Shown piece by piece: positions 20,283-29,028 of a DNA stretch of 64,000 nt; position 1 is the stretch's first letter, and every line of letters begins with the position of its first letter. Source of the DNA: a virus (lineage: Duplodnaviria > Caudoviricetes); IMG/VR virus record IMGVR_UViG_3300021400_000046, positions 85,632 to 149,631 of that record, one strand, 5' to 3'. Position numbers and translations under genes: made by a program. Below the pieces are notes generated by a model. That model was not told the origin of the DNA and did no database searches. It was given only the letters and a program-made list of their open reading frames with translations.

Positions 20283-21444
20283 TGCTCCAATCTAACTTCT
20301 GCCCACAATGTTCACAATGTTCTTGCTTAAAATGGTCAATGGCACATTTGCACTTAGGGCAAGTATATTCTGCCGGGTCATTCTTGTGTGGGCTTCCTGG
20401 ATCATATTCAACCTGTCTTGCATTACTGAAAACAATCATTTCATTGATACGCTCAACGAAATCATTTACCTTTGTCATATCCGCATTGTCAGGCAGATCA
20501 GTATGTGTTTTCAGATAGTCAAGGCGGGCTTCGCAATCATCTACAATTTCATAAAACGCCGCTGTCGGCTGTCTGTTATCATCCAGATATTCACCGTTTC
20601 TAATGCTCATAAGCAAGTCATGGTCTTTCTCTCTGAAGGTGATAATCTCGCCGCGTTCCAGAATATCAAACGCCATGAGATAGAGCCGAACAAGGTGTGC
20701 CATGTGCTTACCGAGTTTATCATGCGCAATAGCCTTTTCATTTCGCTTGCCAATCTTCGCATAAGAGCCGATAATCATTCCCATATCATTCATGCTGGCT
20801 CTAAACTCTCTGAGCGGGTAGTGCTGCAAAGAAATATCACAGAAAATTTCTGTGTCATAATCAGGGTTATTAGACTTATCAATATAGAGTCTAAGAGCAT
20901 CATCTGGTCTTGCAGTATATCTTTGCCGCAATTCATAAGAGGCGTGTTCAATGCTTTTGAGAATGTGTTGCTCTTGTTCTCCCTGACTTACAAGCCGCGC
21001 AGACTTATTTTCAAGCCGCCTCAACTGTGCATTTGCGTAGCCAGCAAATGAATGAATTACACGCTTAGATAAGAAGATGTGGCGGTTCTTGATAATCTCT
21101 CGCCCAATATCGGTAAGATAAATATAGTCTTGCGGCCTAAGTCCAAGCATTTCAATGGTATTCGGATTACAAGAACAGAACAACTTGATAATCTTGTCAA
21201 ATGAATAGATTGTTGTATCTGTCTCTGTCTCAACCACCTGTTCAAAGTCGTTCCCAATAAGGATATTTCTCTTTGAATTTGTTGCGATCCCCCGAATATC
21301 AATATCTGAGTTCTCATTGTTTAAGCCATAAGCATGGCTGCCGCCATAACCGAGAAGAACAATATTATCACCAAGATTCTGGTCTATGCGCAAAAAGTCA
21401 TATTTTGGTCTTGAAATAATCTGTGAAATATTATCGACGCTCAT
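20251..21444 (-). CDS. Pol-beta-superfamily nucleotidyltransferase (RlaP-like) with C-terminal zinc ribbon
   Basis: GGSHAYG..SDIDIRG, CNPNTIE, FAGYA..Q, KHMAHLVRL; CPKC..CEHCGQKLDW. Confidence 0.85.
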   Translation of the reverse strand: MSVDNISQIISRPKYDFLRIDQNLGDNIVLLGYGGSHAYGLNNENSDIDIRGIATNSKRNILIGNDFEQVVETETDTTIYSFDKIIKLFCSCNPNTIEMLGLRPQDYIYLTDIGREIIKNRHIFLSKRVIHSFAGYANAQLRRLENKSARLVSQGEQEQHILKSIEHASYELRQRYTARPDDALRLYIDKSNNPDYDTEIFCDISLQHYPLREFRASMNDMGMIIGSYAKIGKRNEKAIAHDKLGKHMAHLVRLYLMAFDILERGEIITFREKDHDLLMSIRNGEYLDDNRQPTAAFYEIVDDCEARLDYLKTHTDLPDNADMTKVNDFVERINEMIVFSNARQVEYDPGSPHKNDPAEYTCPKCKCAIDHFKQEHCEHCGQKLDWSNENHDKRSDY

Positions 21445-21475
21445 ATAAATTCACCGCCTTGTTTTCTTGGGTAAA

Positions 21476-21530
21476 GTATATCATAATTTCTATTTTATGT
21501 CAAGGTAGTTTTCACAACATATTCTAATCA
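21476..21530 (-). promoter_or_regulatory. sigma-A promoter with conserved TGTGAAAACTAC box upstream of -35
   Basis: TTGACA-17-TATACT on minus strand; the same box recurs at about 29888, 40652, 43602, 55635 and 58643. Confidence 0.75.
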
Positions 21531-21613
21531 TATAATTAAATGTCCTGTTTATGGGACATTTAATATAGTAGAATACCGGCAGAAGCAGAAATAGCCGCTG
21601 CCGATTATTTACT

Positions 21614-21901
21614 TTACCAATAGTTTCTTTGATCTTCTTCCTCAACATCAACCGTAAAACACTTAACAGTTGCCTCAGTAAACGATGCTACAATCCGTCT
21701 AAACTCGCTCAAAGAAAATCCAAGTTGATTTGTTTCTGGAATTTCAATAAGTAATTCTTCTTGATCCGTAAGCGTATTTGCGTTAGATAAGCTGCTAAAC
21801 ACCGTTTTTAACTGTGCAAGAAGATTGGAAGGTGATACTTTACTAATAATATGTACAGAAATAAACTGTCGGTTTTCATCTTTTTTAGAAAATTCAATCA
21901 T
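21614..21901 (-). CDS. hypothetical protein divergent from the repressor
   Basis: ORF with GGAGG RBS. Confidence 0.55.
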   Translation of the reverse strand: MIEFSKKDENRQFISVHIISKVSPSNLLAQLKTVFSSLSNANTLTDQEELLIEIPETNQLGFSLSEFRRIVASFTEATVKCFTVDVEEEDQRNYW

Positions 21902-22049
21902 TATTTCAACCTCCGGTATTGACTTTTATGACTATTTGCATTATGATTATGTGGAAGGATGACTTCTTTCATGCTTCACCGTCATTATATATGATTTTAG
22001 TCTTGTTGTCAAGCATTATTTTTGAAATTAATCTTAATGGAGGATTGTT

Positions 22050-22412
22050 ATGGAAGGCAGTGTTATTTACCAACGTATTAATGCGCTATGCTCTGAAAGA
22101 GGCATTACCATCAATAAACTCGAAAAGGAAATCGGTGTTGCCGTTGCAACAATCCAAAAATGGCAGGATTCAAAAAGATCGCCGTCAGTTGAAAATGTTG
22201 GAGCTGTGGCGCAATATTTCAATGTTTCTATTGAATATCTTTTAGGTACAACAGATGTTAGAAGTACGATTAACCAAATACTATCAGAAGATGATGGAGT
22301 TATTTCTTTGCAAAGAGCAATGGAGAAAATGACACCAGTGGATAAATCTCGTGTTATGGCTATGCTTCGAGCTGGCTATGATTATGCTTTCAGGGAGGAC
22401 AGTAACGATTAA
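22050..22412 (+). CDS. XRE-family HTH repressor (ImmR/CI-like)
   Basis: RINALCSERGITINKLEKEIGV..W..SPS..VAQYFNVSIEYLLG. Confidence 0.9.
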   Translation: MEGSVIYQRINALCSERGITINKLEKEIGVAVATIQKWQDSKRSPSVENVGAVAQYFNVSIEYLLGTTDVRSTINQILSEDDGVISLQRAMEKMTPVDKSRVMAMLRAGYDYAFREDSND

Positions 22413-23027
22413 ATGATTAGATACAACTACATCAACAGGCAAGTGTTACGAGTTTATGCTTTGTTGGATCATATTTCTTTCCCAATCAATCCAAAAGAGA
22501 TTATAAACCAATTCGTAAATTGTAGATATATGTCATATCAAACATTTGCGAAAATCAATGGTTGTACAGTTGATGAAGTTATAGAAATGTGTGAAAGTAA
22601 ATCCGGCTGCACTCATTATCAAATTGAAAATGATCGTTACCTTGTTCTTTGTAACGAATCTACTGATAACAATAACAATTATGGTAGACAACGGTGGACT
22701 TGTTTGCATGAGATTGGGCATATTCTATGTGGGCATCACAAAAAATCGGCTATTGATCTGCTTTCAGAAAACAGAATACCAGGAACAGAAAATAAAGAAT
22801 TTGAATCAGAAGCAGACTATTTTGCGGCAATGGTAGCAGCTCCGTTCCCACTTTTTGACATTCTCGGTATTAGGTCTGTAATTGATGTTCAAAACACATT
22901 TGGGCTTTCAAGTGAGGCATCACTTTACAGATTCACACAATATATCAAGTGGAAAAAAGACCACAGAAAAACAGCATGGGAAAATGACATGGTTCATTTA
23001 TATATGCAAAAAGGCAACAGTTTCTAA
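22413..23027 (+). CDS. ImmA/IrrE-family metallopeptidase
   Basis: RQRWTCLHEIGHI (HExxH), ESEADYFA, FGLSSEA..R. Confidence 0.9.
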   Translation: MIRYNYINRQVLRVYALLDHISFPINPKEIINQFVNCRYMSYQTFAKINGCTVDEVIEMCESKSGCTHYQIENDRYLVLCNESTDNNNNYGRQRWTCLHEIGHILCGHHKKSAIDLLSENRIPGTENKEFESEADYFAAMVAAPFPLFDILGIRSVIDVQNTFGLSSEASLYRFTQYIKWKKDHRKTAWENDMVHLYMQKGNSF

Positions 23028-23037
23028 CATATAAACC

Positions 23038-23065
23038 ACTCCGTAGGGAAAACTCTCTACGGAGT
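23038..23065. terminator. stem-loop between immA and its paralog
   Basis: ACTCCGTAGGG-AAAA-CTCTCTACGGAGT; covers the RBS/start of the next ORF. Confidence 0.5.
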
Positions 23066-23495
23066 GATTTTTATGACTGAACAAGAATACAAACACATTC
23101 GCAATCTTGCTTGGAGTATTCTCATTGAAATTGGCGCTAACTCTTTACCAGTTCAGCTTGATACAATAACAAACATCTATCAGATAAGCGTTAATGTAGA
23201 TAACTACTATAACAAAGCTATTCAGATTTCTTCCTGCTTGTTGTCTATATTTGGCTTAAATAAAGATTTGTCTGAAATGCTTGCTATCAGGTTGCTATCT
23301 CCGATGGTTGTGTTAAAAGAAATTGGTGTTCGTTCTGGTAAAGATATTGCAAAGTTGACAGGTCTGCCGATTTTTGTTGCAAATAAGAGATACGAGCGCC
23401 TTCAGATGCTTGTAAAGCGTAACGCATTTTGCACTTCACGACTTGAACAGATTGTGTTAAAGCAATTTGAACCGTGGATTATTGCTAACCGTTAA
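23064..23495 (+). CDS. ImmA-like protein lacking the HExxH catalytic core
   Basis: ImmA-like N-terminus (SLPVQL..I) and C-terminus (LAIRLLSP..DIAKLTGL..ANKR), no HExxH. Confidence 0.55.
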   Translation: MIFMTEQEYKHIRNLAWSILIEIGANSLPVQLDTITNIYQISVNVDNYYNKAIQISSCLLSIFGLNKDLSEMLAIRLLSPMVVLKEIGVRSGKDIAKLTGLPIFVANKRYERLQMLVKRNAFCTSRLEQIVLKQFEPWIIANR

Positions 23496-24193
23496 GCCTT
23501 TGTTGTGCAATATCAAAATATGTATTATCTATCTCTATTCCAATGAAATTGCGATTTAAGTTTTTGCAGGCCATACCTGTACTTCCAATACCCATAAATG
23601 GGTCTAATATAATTTGTCCTTCACGAGATGAATTATCAATCAATATCTCCATTAACTCAATTGGCTTTTCTGTATCATGAAGATTTTTACCAGAAGCATC
23701 TTTGCTCTTTTTGTTTGGAATAGAAAGAATATCACTTGTGCCACAATGGTTAATTTGAACACCTTTCCCTTTTCGGAAGAACAGAATATACTCATATTGC
23801 GACATATAAAACCTTCCCATAAGTTTATTGCCTTTATTCCAAATAAGACTTTTGATAAAATGAAAACCAACGCCAGTAAATGTGTTAAGCATATTTATCA
23901 AATTCACATGATTTGACATGACATAACAATGACTTCCATCCTTTAACAAACGGAAAAACTCAGGCGCATATTCTGAGCAATCAATACTGTTGTGTTCAAA
24001 TATCTTTCCTTGCATTGTTGCTTTTGTTGCCATCATACCACCAGTGTTACCAGCGCAGCCTTTCTTTGTAATTGGGTAAGGAGGATCAGTAACAATCAGA
24101 TCAATACTTTTATCAGGAAGTTTCTTTAATTCAGTAATACAATCTCCACAAATAAGATTTTGCCAGGGGGGTGATGGTAGTATCTATATTCAA
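23485..24193 (-). CDS. beta-class DNA adenine methyltransferase with a frameshift at a C6 tract near the start
   Basis: ICGDC..IVTDPPY lies upstream of the listed ORF in the same frame; HDTEKP, ILDPFMGIGSTG; the TTG start (24193, GGAG RBS) is out of frame across the C6 tract at 24166-24171. Confidence 0.85.
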
Positions 24194-24207
24194 TATTTCT
24201 CCTATGG

Positions 24208-25176
24208 TTAGCCAGCAGAAATCAAGGCGTTTCCGCAAGTAATTCTATCGCTATCTTCTTCAAGACTCGGCACAAATACAATCACTTGCCAACCTTCTTC
24301 TACAAGTGGCTTTTCAAATTCCCTGTAAACATCGTAATCTGTATAAGTTGTAGTAACATCAAACCCATTTTCAACAGCAGACTTAGTTTCATGAATAGGT
24401 GTAATCTTGACAATAAACTTATTCTTATCAAACAATTCAGAAAGCCGCTTTGCGTCAAGAATAGTCTTTGACGTTACTGCAAAATTCAAAGTATACTTTC
24501 TGCCAACCGGCATAGGAAGTTTTGAAGCAAGTTCTGAAATTTCTTCAAGACTTAAACTCATGCCATTAAACTGTTCATTTCGCTGGTTATCATCTGTGCT
24601 ATTAATACTAAACTGCAATCCAGCTTCGCCATTATAAGAATTGTTTTTAATATCGCACCACTTTAAGATAAACTGTTCAAGGTTTCCGTTAGATTTTGGC
24701 AACATCGTTGACACAACAGGATGAATTGTATCTGCTTTAATGTAATGATTTACAAGCGGCCTAAGACAATACTCGGCAAATATCAAAACATTCTTATTGA
24801 ATGTTGGTTCTCCCATTCTTGCGAAATGGACATTAAATCTTTCTGTATGCTGTACATCTTCACTTTTGACAATCGTAGCAATTTGTTCCCATAGATCATA
24901 TAAACTAACATTACCATAAAAACCATATTTCGGGCAATCGCAGAATTTACATTTCATAGGGCAACCATGCTGTGTGCTAATTGTTGCTACCCACTTTTCT
25001 GACAAATCCACGTCAGTATTCATTACCCCCGAAATTTCTTTAGTTAGTCCGAGAAAATCAGCTTTAATATTGTTTTCCTTGCCGTAATCGCCAACGGTCA
25101 GAAATTCAAGACGATTATCTTTATCAACAAAAATCTTCCCTGTATGTGTTTTAACGATCTCCATAGTAAACCTCAA
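24208..25176 (-). CDS. radical SAM protein, RlmN/Cfr-like
   Basis: ISTQHGCPMKCKFC (CxxxCxxC), ARMGEP, VST, LQFSINS, ITCGNA. Confidence 0.85.
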   Translation of the reverse strand: MRFTMEIVKTHTGKIFVDKDNRLEFLTVGDYGKENNIKADFLGLTKEISGVMNTDVDLSEKWVATISTQHGCPMKCKFCDCPKYGFYGNVSLYDLWEQIATIVKSEDVQHTERFNVHFARMGEPTFNKNVLIFAEYCLRPLVNHYIKADTIHPVVSTMLPKSNGNLEQFILKWCDIKNNSYNGEAGLQFSINSTDDNQRNEQFNGMSLSLEEISELASKLPMPVGRKYTLNFAVTSKTILDAKRLSELFDKNKFIVKITPIHETKSAVENGFDVTTTYTDYDVYREFEKPLVEEGWQVIVFVPSLEEDSDRITCGNALISAG

Positions 25177-25559
25177 TCAATATATTCTAATTCAGATAGA
25201 ATATCAGATGGCACATTCCCAATCCAAACATAACTGTTCTTCAAGATAAACTCATTATATGAACTTGCCGTTTTGTTGGCTCTCATTTTCGCTTGTTCAG
25301 CCCATGATTGCTTTTCTGGATTACCGCTATCTTTGTACTGCTCATATGTAAGTCGATCAGAATTATATGACGCAATCATAGATCGGCAAGTATCTTCTAC
25401 TTTTTTCTTTGTGTTGTAGTTTGTTGCATCATCAACTTTCTGCACAGTATAAAACCAACTGTTCCATACTGCTCTACCAGCAGGAGTAACAGCAAAGAAA
25501 AGAATGCTGCAAAGAACTACCACAACAACTACAATAGCAATCTTTTCGCCTTTGCTCAT
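25173..25559 (-). CDS. membrane-anchored hypothetical protein
   Basis: N-terminal hydrophobic helix. Confidence 0.65.
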   Translation of the reverse strand: MSKGEKIAIVVVVVVLCSILFFAVTPAGRAVWNSWFYTVQKVDDATNYNTKKKVEDTCRSMIASYNSDRLTYEQYKDSGNPEKQSWAEQAKMRANKTASSYNEFILKNSYVWIGNVPSDILSELEYID

Positions 25560-26143
25560 TAGCGTCCTCCATCAATATTCAAAACAGGGGACTCAACAAC
25601 AAACGGAATGTCAGAATACAGATAGTCGCCGCTCCACTCAATGTACTTGCCATCAGGAGTGAAAAAGAAAATGCCACTATCGTTTGTGCCGTATGAGCCG
25701 TCAACATCTGCAAGCCAATTATTTGTGTAGAGGTATCTGGACTCACCGGTTGCAGCCATTTCATAGTATTCGCTATCAGGTGTAAGGAATGAATTAAGGC
25801 TTGACACCTTGCCATCAACAACGAAGTTACCAACAACAACATTACCACTGAAAAGGACAATATAACCAAGAGGTTTTTCAATTTCACAGACAAGTGAATT
25901 TGCCTTCTCACGCTGACCGTTTACCCAATAAGCTCTACGGATAAGATTGTACCGTTCAAGCGAATAGTTCAGATCAGTAGGTGTTGGCTGATTAGACTGT
26001 AAAGTATCTGCCGCGACCTTAGTGTTGTTTACATCTTGTTTTGATCCACCTTCGTCTGTTCTTTCATCCAAATCGCATCCGGTCAGAAGCATCATGGAAA
26101 TAACAATTGTGATAACAAGAAAAATACTAACAATCTTCTTCAA
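25559..26143 (-). CDS. putative lipoprotein
   Basis: Signal peptide with LTGC lipobox. Confidence 0.75.
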   Translation of the reverse strand: MKKIVSIFLVITIVISMMLLTGCDLDERTDEGGSKQDVNNTKVAADTLQSNQPTPTDLNYSLERYNLIRRAYWVNGQREKANSLVCEIEKPLGYIVLFSGNVVVGNFVVDGKVSSLNSFLTPDSEYYEMAATGESRYLYTNNWLADVDGSYGTNDSGIFFFTPDGKYIEWSGDYLYSDIPFVVESPVLNIDGGR

Positions 26144-26145
26144 TT

Positions 26146-26556
26146 TTAGTTTCCTCCATTTTCAAATTTCAAGTAAATTGGTTTTGGATTAAGCATGGCG
26201 CTATCTTCGCCAGTGATGTACTGATCTATCGTTGGCTTAATCTCGTCTTTTATATATGTTTCTCTAATACGAGAATCCATAAAAATAACGTGCGACCAAA
26301 TACCAGGAACCATGTGTTCTTTTGAAATAATCCTGATTGTGCTGCCATTATAGAACTCGATCTTGATATTATCGGTCAAAGATACTTCCTTGATTACACC
26401 AGAGCCGTTATAGTAATCAGAAAGCTGGTTAAATAAATCGTTTGCAGTTTTGTTATCCTGTACATAAAAGGTAATGTCATAATTTGGATAAGTAGTGCAA
26501 CGATCAAGAAATTTCACTTTATCTTTAATATTCATCAATGGTTTTTCTCCCAACAT
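26146..26556 (-). CDS. hypothetical protein
   Basis: ORF; IEFYNGSTIRII. Confidence 0.55.
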   Translation of the reverse strand: MLGEKPLMNIKDKVKFLDRCTTYPNYDITFYVQDNKTANDLFNQLSDYYNGSGVIKEVSLTDNIKIEFYNGSTIRIISKEHMVPGIWSHVIFMDSRIRETYIKDEIKPTIDQYITGEDSAMLNPKPIYLKFENGGN

Positions 26557-26759
26557 TCAACAGCGTCAATAACTTTGTCATAATCTCCCGTACAATCACA
26601 AGCATACGTCATACACGCAACAAACCATTTGTTTTTTGGCGGGAAAATTGATCTTGATGAACCAACACGAACATCTGTGTTACCACAGTATTTGCATTTA
26701 TGTAATCGCTGTTTGTACTTTTGTGTGTACTTTTCTGCAAGTACAAATCTAATTGCCAT
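26535..26759 (-). CDS. Lar-like zinc-finger protein
   Basis: LHKCKYCG..WFVAC..C..AVECW. Confidence 0.5.
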   Translation of the reverse strand: MAIRFVLAEKYTQKYKQRLHKCKYCGNTDVRVGSSRSIFPPKNKWFVACMTYACDCTGDYDKVIDAVECWEKNH

Positions 26760-27226
26760 TATCTAATTCCAAGCATTTCAGCAAGATAATAGCCCATATC
26801 TTCAATAACAATGTGCTTAAACCCTGTTTCTGACATCAATTCTTTGATACTATCATCATAATTTCTTTTGATATATTCATATCTTAGGCGTTTTATATCC
26901 GGTATCGAAAAATGATAATTCATTGAAAGATTAAGACACCATTCATTCTTTAGATCAAGAGAAGGGTAAACGAGTATCTGTTCATCTGCTGGCTTTCTTA
27001 GCAGCTCTTTTCTAACTTCTTTATGTGCAGAAACACAAACTGTAAAACCGCATCGACACAACCACCGTGCCACATTGCAATATTGAATTTCCCAACCTTC
27101 AGGCTTTTTATCATTCACATTAAACAAACTGCTATCAAGATCAATTACATAATCATTATTGTACGCCAATGCTGATTTCCCAACGCCAGGGAAACCGACA
27201 ATCACTTTTCCGTATTCTGGTTTCAT
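26759..27226 (-). CDS. P-loop NTPase/kinase-like protein
   Basis: IVGFPGVGKS, IDLDSS. Confidence 0.7.
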   Translation of the reverse strand: MKPEYGKVIVGFPGVGKSALAYNNDYVIDLDSSLFNVNDKKPEGWEIQYCNVARWLCRCGFTVCVSAHKEVRKELLRKPADEQILVYPSLDLKNEWCLNLSMNYHFSIPDIKRLRYEYIKRNYDDSIKELMSETGFKHIVIEDMGYYLAEMLGIR

Positions 27227-27274
27227 TTTCTCTCCGTGTTTCTTGTTTTCAATACTGGTATATACGCATTAAAA

Positions 27275-27400
27275 TTATGGCTCAATTAGTTTGTAGCCAT
27301 TCCGAAAACATTTCTGTCCAATAGTTGTTGTAATTGTTCCTATTGTTTGCTGATCCAGCCTTACATTGCTATTGTAATCATCATATACAATTACATTTCT
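27275..27400 (-). CDS. extra C5-MTase TRD-like module reachable by +1 G at CGGGGG (27401-27406)
   Basis: RNVIVYDDYNSNVRLDQQTIGTITTTIGQKCFRNGYKLIEP* in the -1 frame after the G5 tract. Confidence 0.7.
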   Translation of the reverse strand, partial: RNVIVYDDYNSNVRLDQQTIGTITTTIGQKCFRNGYKLIEP

Positions 27401-27810
27401 CCCCCGGATTTAGCGCTGTTTTCATGTTCAGTGTTGTTAATCCATTCAAACAAACGATTTAATGCAATTTCAAAAGCACCAATTCCAGAGAAATAACTGC
27501 CGACTTTCAAATCATTAAATAAGTACGGCATTGCAACATAAAGGTTTTTTAATATGTAAAATAGAACATCGGTCACTATTGAATTACCGGCCTGTTTATA
27601 TAATTGCGAATCACTAACAACCTCATTTAGTGCAGCTTCAATACTCTGTTTTAGATCGTCATTTGGAAACATTGTGATTATTCGCTTTGCGGTTTCTCTA
27701 CTTCCAGTTTTCGCCGCATAAAAATCTTCATCAGTAAAACCCATCAATCGCCAGCATTCTTTTGGTGTTAATTTTCTAATTCTGTAACCATGCTCAGAAT
27801 TTTCAATCAC
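27391..27810 (-). CDS. C5-cytosine methyltransferase, C-terminal piece (motifs IX, X, then I; permuted)
   Basis: RIRKLTPKECWRLMGF (IX), QLYKQAGNSI (X), SYFSGIGAFE (I). Confidence 0.9.
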   Translation of the reverse strand: MIENSEHGYRIRKLTPKECWRLMGFTDEDFYAAKTGSRETAKRIITMFPNDDLKQSIEAALNEVVSDSQLYKQAGNSIVTDVLFYILKNLYVAMPYLFNDLKVGSYFSGIGAFEIALNRLFEWINNTEHENSAKSGGEM

Positions 27811-29028
27811 TCGTTTATCACCCCCGCATTGATAGTTCGGATTGTTCCTACTACATCGTCATTAAACAATCTCAAACCTTCATCGGTTCTTTGTTCGCAC
27901 ACAATATATTCTTTATCCATAACTACAACCATAGGTTGAAGATTACCCCCCTGACAAGTGTGCAAGGCAGGAGCAATACCGTCAACACTATAAACCCTTC
28001 CTTGATTTGGATTATCTCTTGTTTTTGTCGGGCAAACATTCCCAATCCATATAATCTCACTCATTATTTTTATCCATAGGCTCAATAACAAATATCATTT
28101 GGTTAGATGCTGTTAGTGTTGGACATATTTCTCCCCCGACTGAACACGGCCACGCCGAGTCTTAGACGTTGGATAGCTGAAATCTGCGATACCTGGAACA
28201 GCACACTCAATATAACCTGTTTTTGTAGCCTGTCTTATTCTTATTTTCATAATTTTCAACGATCATCACATGGTTTTTTATACCTAAACCAGCACATAGA
28301 GTTGGTGATAACCCCCGGATTCGTAGACAATATTTGATTGATGTTTACCCGTCCCTTTTTCTATGTGGCCGATTACTTTGATCTTCTTTTCTTTCATACG
28401 TTTTCACAACAATTTTTGGTGGGTCTTTGTAACATGAAGATGGGATAGTTGACATTAACCCATTTACTGAATAAATCCAACCTTGTTGTCCCCCGAACCT
28501 CGATGGATCAGCCGGTCAATCTCATTCTTTTTGTTCATCATTTGTAACCACCATAACTAAAATCTTTGGAGGGTCTTTATAGTGTGTTGATTTGATAGTA
28601 CACATTGAACACCCCCGGAAGTATCATACACTTCTTGATTTTGATGTATCTTACCGGAGTCTGGTATCAATCTCCCAAGAACTTTTGTTTCCAATATTAT
28701 TTTACCCTCTCAATTACTAATTGCCTTCTATGTGTTCGCAAGAAGTATTCAAATGTAATTCCCTTGTGATAGTTCGCATCAATACAATATGAATACTTGT
28801 CACACAATCCATACTTGAAATCTTTGTGTTCTTCGGAATCCCCCGGACGGAGAGATTATTTCTCTTTACGTCTGGCATTTAATAACTCCATTCATCGGTT
28901 GATTACCGAACACTTTGTAATCTCTTGCGAGAAGCGTGTTTGCTATATCTATTTCTCTATCAAACTTAGTGCATTGCTCTTAGAATAGCCCTGTTTTTAT
29001 ACCTGAACCATATCCCATTGGTGTCTGT
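27807..29028 (-). other. array of C5-MTase target-recognition (TRD)-like mini-modules, six split at CGGGGG
   Basis: Starts at 28878, 28694, 28541, 28397, 28250, 28064; one added G gives SYCIDANYHKG, CTIKSTHYKDPPK, STIPSSCYKDPPK, VYESGGLSPTLCAG, RRGRVQSGGEICPTL, GTIRTINAGGDKRVIE. Confidence 0.8.

Noticed and set aside
27275-29028. Invertible shufflon of TRD modules
   Set aside because: All modules are on one strand, with no inverted crossover repeats and no adjacent recombinase; only a 6-nt tract is shared
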